Shown: piece by piece, positions 58,598-64,000 of the stretch
How the letters are laid out: each line of letters starts with the position of its first letter
Position numbering within the stretch: position 1 is the stretch's first letter
Origin: Eubacteriales bacterium
Lineage (GTDB): Bacteria > Bacillota > Clostridia > Oscillospirales > CAG-382
Assembly (NCBI GenBank): GCA_045580005.1
Contig: JAZNMZ010000003.1
Location: 20,469-84,468, forward strand
DNA length: 64,000 nucleotides
Direction: 5' to 3'
Position numbers and translations under genes: made by a program
The notes under the pieces: model-generated
What the model saw: only the letters and a program-made list of their open reading frames with translations
Database searches by the model: none
What the model was told of the DNA's origin: nothing

Positions 58598-58789
58598 TTT
58601 TTAGCACCTCACTTTCTTTCACTGTGTCGGTCTTATATGTCAATGTCAAACTGATTTTTACATCTGCATATTTTGCCGATATACGGATATTATATACCAA
58701 ACGCATACATATTGTCAAGTAGATTTTTTCTTATTTTTCAAAAAAATCCGTATTTTTAAAGAAATGCTCGCATATTCTTAAAAATTAAC

Positions 58790-59203
58790 TCATATTTTTG
58801 ACCTGTCAAGGTAGGTTTGCAGTATAATCTGCGCCGAAAGTGTGTCGATTGCCTCTTTTCGCTTCTTGCCGTAGGTTCCTGTTTCTGACATATAGCCTGC
58901 GGCGAGTATCGTTGTGCGGCGTTCGTCAACAAGCTCTGTCTTGACTCCTGCAAGCTCCTGTACAAGCTCAGAAAACTTGCGTGTTCTCTCGGCTCTTTCA
59001 CCCTCGGTACCGTTCATATTCTTGGGCAAACCGATAACAACAAGCTCTGCACTGTATTCTTTTACTTTTTCAGACACAATTACGGCAGCGTTTTTTATAC
59101 CTGTAACCTTAAATGTGCCTATTCCTCCGGCAAGAAAACCTGTGGGGTCTGACACTGCAAGCCCCATGCGCGCCTCGCCGAAATCCACTCCTAATATTCT
59201 CAA
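58790..59203 (-). CDS. ruvX: Holliday-junction-resolvase-like nuclease RuvX/YqgF
   Basis: MRILGVDFGEARMGLAVSD..., 137 aa. Confidence 0.9.
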   Translation of the reverse strand: MRILGVDFGEARMGLAVSDPTGFLAGGIGTFKVTGIKNAAVIVSEKVKEYSAELVVIGLPKNMNGTEGERAERTRKFSELVQELAGVKTELVDERRTTILAAGYMSETGTYGKKRKEAIDTLSAQIILQTYLDRSKI

Positions 59204-59221
59204 TGTATTTTCTCCGTTATT

Positions 59222-60154
59222 TTATTTTAAAAGCGGCAGGAAAAACTGATAATTCATATCATCCCAGCCGGGTAACGACTCGTGTCCGTGATTCGGAAAA
59301 ACCTCAAGCCTCTTTTTTGACCTTATTGCGTTATATGCCGCGAGCTGTGTGGGAACAGGACAAACAACATCGCGAAGAGCCGTCGCGAACATAACCTCGC
59401 CTTTTATGCGTGAGGTAAAATTCTTGACATCTATATATCCGAGCATTTCGTAAATCTCATCCTCGTGTCTGCGCTCGGGATCGTACTTTTCAAAATAGCT
59501 TTCTGCGAGGGTACTATACTCGCCCGAAAAGTCGCAAAGATACGGAAAAGCAGGCGCAGCTCTTTTTATCTCAGGCACAAGGCTTGCACAGATAAGACTG
59601 AGCGCTCCCCCTTGCGAGCCGCCGTATACTCCGAGCCTGTCGGAATCTACATACGGTAGATTTTTTACAATCTTTGCAACAAGATAAACATCAAGGTATA
59701 TGTGCCTGTATGTGAGGTGTTCTCTTCCAAGATTCAATCCCTGTACCGCCTGCAAAAGCTCTTTGTCGACAGACACATCACCGTACTCAGATTTTCCCGC
59801 CTGTCCCCTGCAGTCAAGCGCCGCCACAACAAACCCCGATGCGGCATACTGCATATACAGCGAAAAATCGACCGAGCTTCCGCCGTAGCCGTGGAATGTG
59901 AGAAGTGCGGGAGCCTTGTCCTTTATGCACTTTGGCGCAAGCAGTTTTGCATAAACTCTCGCATTATTTGTGCCTGTAAAATACAAGTCAAAGCAATCGA
60001 CTACAGGTGAGGGGAAATCAGCAAGAGTTATACTCACATCAAGAGGCAGGCTGTCTGCGAGAGCAATGCTCTCTTCCCAGAAGCCGTCAAAATCGGCAGG
60101 TTTGCTTCTTGCTCCCATATATTTTCCGAATTTTTCAAGAATATTCTCGGTCAT
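59222..60154 (-). CDS. CE7-type acetyl xylan esterase / cephalosporin-C deacetylase
   Basis: GGSQGG nucleophile motif (VYGGSQGGAL), RGQ motif (LDCRGQ), C-terminal HGHE, 310 aa. Confidence 0.85.
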   Translation of the reverse strand: MTENILEKFGKYMGARSKPADFDGFWEESIALADSLPLDVSITLADFPSPVVDCFDLYFTGTNNARVYAKLLAPKCIKDKAPALLTFHGYGGSSVDFSLYMQYAASGFVVAALDCRGQAGKSEYGDVSVDKELLQAVQGLNLGREHLTYRHIYLDVYLVAKIVKNLPYVDSDRLGVYGGSQGGALSLICASLVPEIKRAAPAFPYLCDFSGEYSTLAESYFEKYDPERRHEDEIYEMLGYIDVKNFTSRIKGEVMFATALRDVVCPVPTQLAAYNAIRSKKRLEVFPNHGHESLPGWDDMNYQFFLPLLK

Positions 60155-60157
60155 TGT

Positions 60158-60361
60158 CTACTCTTTTCTCTTGATTTTTTCCTTGCTGCCGTCGGGGCGC
60201 TTGATATAGGTGTTGTCGAGAATGTCGACAAAGTTCCTGCGGTAGTCCTCGATATATTCCTTGCGAAGTCTTGCCTGTTCTTCCTTTTCGGCGTCGGTCA
60301 GCCCCTCCGCCTTTGCCTTACGGGCAAGGGCATTTATTCTTTCAATCTTTTCGCTAATCAT
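60158..60361 (-). CDS. DUF896/UPF0291 (YnzC-like) small helical protein
   Basis: 67 aa, INALARKAKAEGLTDAEKEEQARLRKEYI. Confidence 0.8.
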   Translation of the reverse strand: MISEKIERINALARKAKAEGLTDAEKEEQARLRKEYIEDYRRNFVDILDNTYIKRPDGSKEKIKRKE

Positions 60362-61935
60362 TGATCTCCTTTTACCGACTGCTTTGATGCGTCGCGTGTG
60401 AAAACAGCGGCTATATACATATGTGTCGTACTCTTCACCGTACTTGCAATAGGCTTTACCTGAACTGTATGAACTCCCGGCTCAAGACCTGAAATTATAA
60501 GCTTGGGGTTTGTAGTCGAGCCAAACGGTCTTTTTACGGTCGTTTCTCCGTCTATAGTGCACTCAAACATCTCGGACGACGAGAGGTTTGTGTACAAAAG
60601 GAGCTCTGTGCCCTCAAATGTGTAGGTGAAGGGCGCCATATCTTCTGTTATCTCTGCCTTTATTGTTCCATTTTTGTAAAATCCCGTGTGGAGATTCTCA
60701 AGAGAGAATGTCCAGCCATCGTTGTCGCGCAGAAGATCCTTTGTTGCATACTCCACAGTTCTTGCACCATCAAGCAGATACTCGCTCTGCACGGCAGGGA
60801 GCGTGTGGTCGACAACCTCAGCTGTAAACTCAGATTCGAGCAGCGCGTTTGTGAGATATTCCTTTATTACATCAAAGTAGAATGCATATCCCTCGTTTGT
60901 GGGATGTACTATATCTGTAAAATATTTGCTCCAGATTTCACTTGTGGTATTATATTCTGATGGGTCGATTGTATCTGTGAGCGCTCTTCCCACATAAACA
61001 AGGGGAATGTCATACGCCTCACAGATTTCGGCGTGGCCCTGTGCTGTCGGATAGAAGAAATCCTCACGGGAGGCTCTTGTGGAGTCGATAGATATGATAC
61101 AAACAATGTCACAGTCTGGGTGAGCGCGTCTTGTATCACGCACGATAGTCTCGAACTGTCTTTTTGCAGTGTCCTTACTAAAACTGCCGTAGGTGTCGTT
61201 TATCGCATATTCGATAAACATGAGGTCGGGATCTTCGGCAATAACATCGTTCTGAAGACGATAGGAGCCGAGCAATGTTCCGCTCTCGGCAACAGTCTTG
61301 TTGATTTCAACAATTTTTGCCTCAGGGAAGCTTTCTTTAAACCATTTTGTGGTCTGTGCTCTCCATGGATAAACGCTTTCGTTTGTCGCACCTGTGCCTG
61401 CGGTTACAGAACCTCCGTAGTAGAGAATACGCAAAGATTTGTCCTGTGTGAGCTTTGTGTATGTGTTCTGCAGGCTGTCGCGGTAGTAGATATACTTATC
61501 GAATTTATTGCCCGAGCTTGTGATTGTTACAACTCTGTTTTCTCCGTCCCACTCAACGCCTGCCCCTGCGCTCTCAGAAATAAAGCGTACAGGTACAAGT
61601 GTGCGCGAGTTTACGATAACAGGCGCGCTGTCAAGAGTCTTCTCCTCGCCGTTGACATACGCTTTATCTTCTCCGACTGTCATTTTGATAGTCGTGTCAT
61701 CGTTTGTTGCCGTAACCTCATAGAGCACCGGATCCCACTCAACCTGCATACCCATTGCCTCAAAGATAGCACGCAGAGGCACCATTGTTCTCGAGTTAAT
61801 AATAACAGGCGGCTGGTCGAACTCCAAATTTCTGCCGTCAAGCTTAACTGTGATTTCATTTTCTTGAGCAAAAGCAACGCTCACCGAGCACAAAATCATA
61901 CATACAGAAAGTAAAAGTAAAATTATTCTCTTCAT
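60358..61935 (-). CDS. Secreted protein: copper-amine-oxidase-N-like (stalk) repeats plus SGNH/GDSL hydrolase plus C-terminal beta domain
   Basis: Signal peptide. Two repeats of ..VIxNSRTxVPxRxI.E..G..VEWD. SGNH blocks (YYGGSVTAG, FIEYAINDT, DIVHPT). Confidence 0.8.
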   Translation of the reverse strand: MKRIILLLLSVCMILCSVSVAFAQENEITVKLDGRNLEFDQPPVIINSRTMVPLRAIFEAMGMQVEWDPVLYEVTATNDDTTIKMTVGEDKAYVNGEEKTLDSAPVIVNSRTLVPVRFISESAGAGVEWDGENRVVTITSSGNKFDKYIYYRDSLQNTYTKLTQDKSLRILYYGGSVTAGTGATNESVYPWRAQTTKWFKESFPEAKIVEINKTVAESGTLLGSYRLQNDVIAEDPDLMFIEYAINDTYGSFSKDTAKRQFETIVRDTRRAHPDCDIVCIISIDSTRASREDFFYPTAQGHAEICEAYDIPLVYVGRALTDTIDPSEYNTTSEIWSKYFTDIVHPTNEGYAFYFDVIKEYLTNALLESEFTAEVVDHTLPAVQSEYLLDGARTVEYATKDLLRDNDGWTFSLENLHTGFYKNGTIKAEITEDMAPFTYTFEGTELLLYTNLSSSEMFECTIDGETTVKRPFGSTTNPKLIISGLEPGVHTVQVKPIASTVKSTTHMYIAAVFTRDASKQSVKGDQ

Positions 61936-61951
61936 ATTTTTCTCCTTTTTG

Positions 61952-62578
61952 TTATATATCGAGCTTTTTAAAAGCCTTTATCCATTCTCTTTTTATAAGT
62001 TCGTGGCCTGCGTGGGTAGGATGTACGCCGTCGCCGGTGTAATAGCCTGCGCCCATTTTTTCCTCCGCCTTGTCGAACAGCTCCATCAGAGGGACAAACA
62101 CAAGTCCGTTCTTCTCGGCAACTCTGCGTGCCGCAGCAGCTCTCTTTTCTGCTTCAGCTCTAAACTCGTCATAATAGGGGGCGCTGCCTGCGCCGTGAAG
62201 AAGGAACGGTTCGAGTATCATAATCTTAATGTTGGGAAGCGCTTCCTTTATCTCCTCGATAAGGAGATTGTAATACATCTCGTATTTTGGAGCCGAAACG
62301 CCGTTTTTACAGCTGAACTCATGCCATACATCGTTGATGCCGATAAGAATACTCATAACATCGGGCTCAAGGTTTATAATATCATACTTTATTCTTTCGA
62401 TAAGGTTTGTTACACGGTCACCGCTGACACCTCTGTTTAAAAATTCGTACTCACCGGGATGGTCGAAGCCAAGAGAGGCGGCAACAAGTGTCGCATATCC
62501 GCAGCCTTTATTGAAATCGTCCGTTCTGCTTCTGCCTGCGTCTGTTATAGAGTCGCCCTGAAAAAGTATTCTTGTCAT
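61952..62578 (-). CDS. Cytoplasmic SGNH/GDSL-family hydrolase
   Basis: MTRILFQGDSITDAGR (block I), GVSGDR (II), GINDV (III), DGVHPT (V). GGAGGA RBS before the ATG at 62578. Confidence 0.85.
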   Translation of the reverse strand: MTRILFQGDSITDAGRSRTDDFNKGCGYATLVAASLGFDHPGEYEFLNRGVSGDRVTNLIERIKYDIINLEPDVMSILIGINDVWHEFSCKNGVSAPKYEMYYNLLIEEIKEALPNIKIMILEPFLLHGAGSAPYYDEFRAEAEKRAAAARRVAEKNGLVFVPLMELFDKAEEKMGAGYYTGDGVHPTHAGHELIKREWIKAFKKLDI

Positions 62579-62663
62579 AATATTTCCTCCGAATTCACAA
62601 CAATTCAATTCTAATTATAACTCTTTTTGTGCAAAAGTCAACTCTTTTCGCATTTGCAATATA

Positions 62664-62711
62664 ACAAAAAAACGCCCTATGAGTTGTGCTATTTGCACAA
62701 CTCATAGGGCG
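62664..62711 (-). terminator. Strong rho-independent terminator after acpP
   Basis: Perfect 17-bp stem CGCCCTATGAGTTGTGC / GCACAACTCATAGGGCG. The minus strand continues TTTTTTTG. Confidence 0.85.
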
Positions 62712-62722
62712 ATAAATGAGAC

Positions 62723-62950
62723 TTAAGCCTTTACTTTTTCGATGTATGCGATAAGGTCGTTGATTGTCTTGAACTTCACTGCAACCTCATCGGGAATTTC
62801 AATATCAAATGTTTCCTCGAGAGCCATAAGAATCTCAACAGTGTCAAGAGAATCAGCGCCGAGATCCTCAATAAGGTTTGCGTTCTCGTCAATCTCAGAC
62901 ACATCAATGCGAAGATGCTTTGCAAGTATTGCTTTTATCTTGTCTACCAT
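62723..62950 (-). CDS. acpP: Acyl carrier protein
   Basis: 75 aa, LGADSLDTVE phosphopantetheine site. GGAGGA RBS before the ATG at 62950. Confidence 0.9.
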   Translation of the reverse strand: MVDKIKAILAKHLRIDVSEIDENANLIEDLGADSLDTVEILMALEETFDIEIPDEVAVKFKTINDLIAYIEKVKA

Positions 62951-63086
62951 AGGTTTTTCCTCCAAAAAAATTAATGATATTAAAAATATCGGTGCAATTA
63001 TACCATTTTTTGCCCTAAATATATTGTCACTAATACATACAATGTGTAACTATTTTTTTAATTTCTACACAAAAAACCGCCAAAAA

Positions 63087-63650
63087 TCACCTGAAAAGGA
63101 ATAGGTTTTTCTTGATATACGGGTAAATTGCACGATAAACGGCATAAAACACCACTGCCTGCAGAGCATCCTTGATTATATTAAAAGGAAGTGCGCTGTA
63201 CGCAACAAAACTCATTATTTTGCTGTTATCCGCACCAAAATACATAGGTGCGATTACAAAATAATTGGAAAGCATTGCAGCTGTCACCTGAATCACACTT
63301 GATATCACAAGCACTATTACAAGCTTTTTCTTCATTAGCATATTGGGAAGAAGAAACCTCGAAAGATAGCCTGCCGACACGGCAAATGCCGAGCCTACAA
63401 TAAAGTTTGAAAGCTCGCCGACAAAGCCTGTGTCCGAAAAAGGCAGATGAACGAGGTTTTTGCAAAGCTCAACAATCATACCACACAGTGGTGATATTGT
63501 AACAGACGCCAGAAGCGCGGGCACATCCGAAAAGTCGATTTTTAAAAAAGGAGCTGATGACAGCACCGGAAAATGCGGAAAGAACATAAGAACTGTCGCA
63601 ATTGCCGCCAAAAGCCCGAGATACACTATAGTTTTTGTTGTAAGACGCAT
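63087..63650 (-). CDS. ribU: ECF transporter S component, riboflavin-specific by riboswitch context
   Basis: 187 aa, 5-6 TM, directly downstream of an FMN riboswitch. Confidence 0.8.
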   Translation of the reverse strand: MRLTTKTIVYLGLLAAIATVLMFFPHFPVLSSAPFLKIDFSDVPALLASVTISPLCGMIVELCKNLVHLPFSDTGFVGELSNFIVGSAFAVSAGYLSRFLLPNMLMKKKLVIVLVISSVIQVTAAMLSNYFVIAPMYFGADNSKIMSFVAYSALPFNIIKDALQAVVFYAVYRAIYPYIKKNLFLFR

Positions 63651-63711
63651 AATATATAACCTCCGTTATCAGCAGGGTTAATACATGGTTCTTTCAAATT
63701 TGAGTATAAAA

Positions 63712-63905
63712 AGCAAAAAATGCCTTGATTCAAAACTACAGTTTTGAAAATCAGGGCACAAATGCAGGGAAACCCCGCAAAACTTCTTTCTATTTATCCA
63801 GACTTTACTGTCGGCTCCGGAATTTCACCGGTATCGGCAAAAGACTTATCTTTTGTTCTCGGGCTATACCGCCGGTAGGGAAATGCTCCCGTCCCTGAAA
63901 GAAAA
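63712..63905 (-). promoter_or_regulatory. FMN riboswitch (RFN element) with terminator expression platform
   Basis: The minus strand reads CAGGGACGGGAGCATTTCCCTACCGGCGGTATAGCCCGAGAAC...GCCGATACCGGTGAAATTCCGGAGCCGACAGTAAAGTCTGGAT. A ~15-bp hairpin follows at 63722-63757, then ATTTTTTG. Confidence 0.9.
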
Positions 63906-64000
63906 ATATTAACCTAAAAAAATATACTGAATATTATTTCGGGATATGCAGCTTTCGCTGCATATCCCTGAAACACAATCATTTATCAAACCTTTGAAAT

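Noticed and set aside
58598-58789. Possible oriC/DnaA-box region upstream of rpmH, as found in many Firmicutes.
   Set aside because: No TTATCCACA/TGTGGATAA-like words, even allowing one mismatch, are visible in this 190-bp spacer. dnaA is not adjacent; ruvX is.
63941-63968. Hairpin GGGATATGCAGC-tttc-GCTGCATATCCC at the window edge.
   Set aside because: No U-run follows it on either strand, and the upstream gene lies outside the window. Its function cannot be assigned.

Overview
The window looks like a core chromosomal segment of a low/medium-GC Firmicute. By inference it is a Clostridia, Ruminococcus/Oscillospiraceae-like organism, based on a type-I dockerin protein, a CIRCE-controlled groESL, a T-box thrS, an ECF transporter module and an FMN riboswitch-ribU. 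It is densely packed with about 60 genes, mostly on the minus strand. Housekeeping genes I recognise: truB, groES/groEL, mfd, thrS, carD-like, murD, tag, clpC-like, pgsA, cvpA, truA, ecfA1/A2/T, a type IIA topoisomerase B subunit, yifB/comM-like, sufC plus a SufBD-like gene, comF, jag, yidC, yidD, rnpA, rpmH (missing from the ORF track), ruvX, acpP and ribU. RNA and regulatory elements read directly from the sequence: RNase P RNA (36486-36847, minus), a thrS T-box leader with a consensus promoter, a perfect CIRCE operator, an FMN riboswitch and several rho-independent terminators. I see no CRISPR array, transposase, integrase, rRNA or tRNA. The most interesting locus is a five-gene, ATPase-less ABC importer block (29-10381). 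It encodes a 1074-aa binding protein with CBM-like modules, an NHL-propeller/Yip1 membrane fusion and a 974-aa unknown exoprotein. Other points worth a second look: a family of GTAG-headed GC-rich palindromes (REP/REPIN-like) found only in intergenic DNA; an inverted TGTGGG repeat array beside an AT-rich tract upstream of an orphan divergent topoisomerase B gene; a dockerin-only miniprotein; and rnpB lying 14 nt after the clpC-like stop codon. All functional calls come from reading the translated sequences without database searches.
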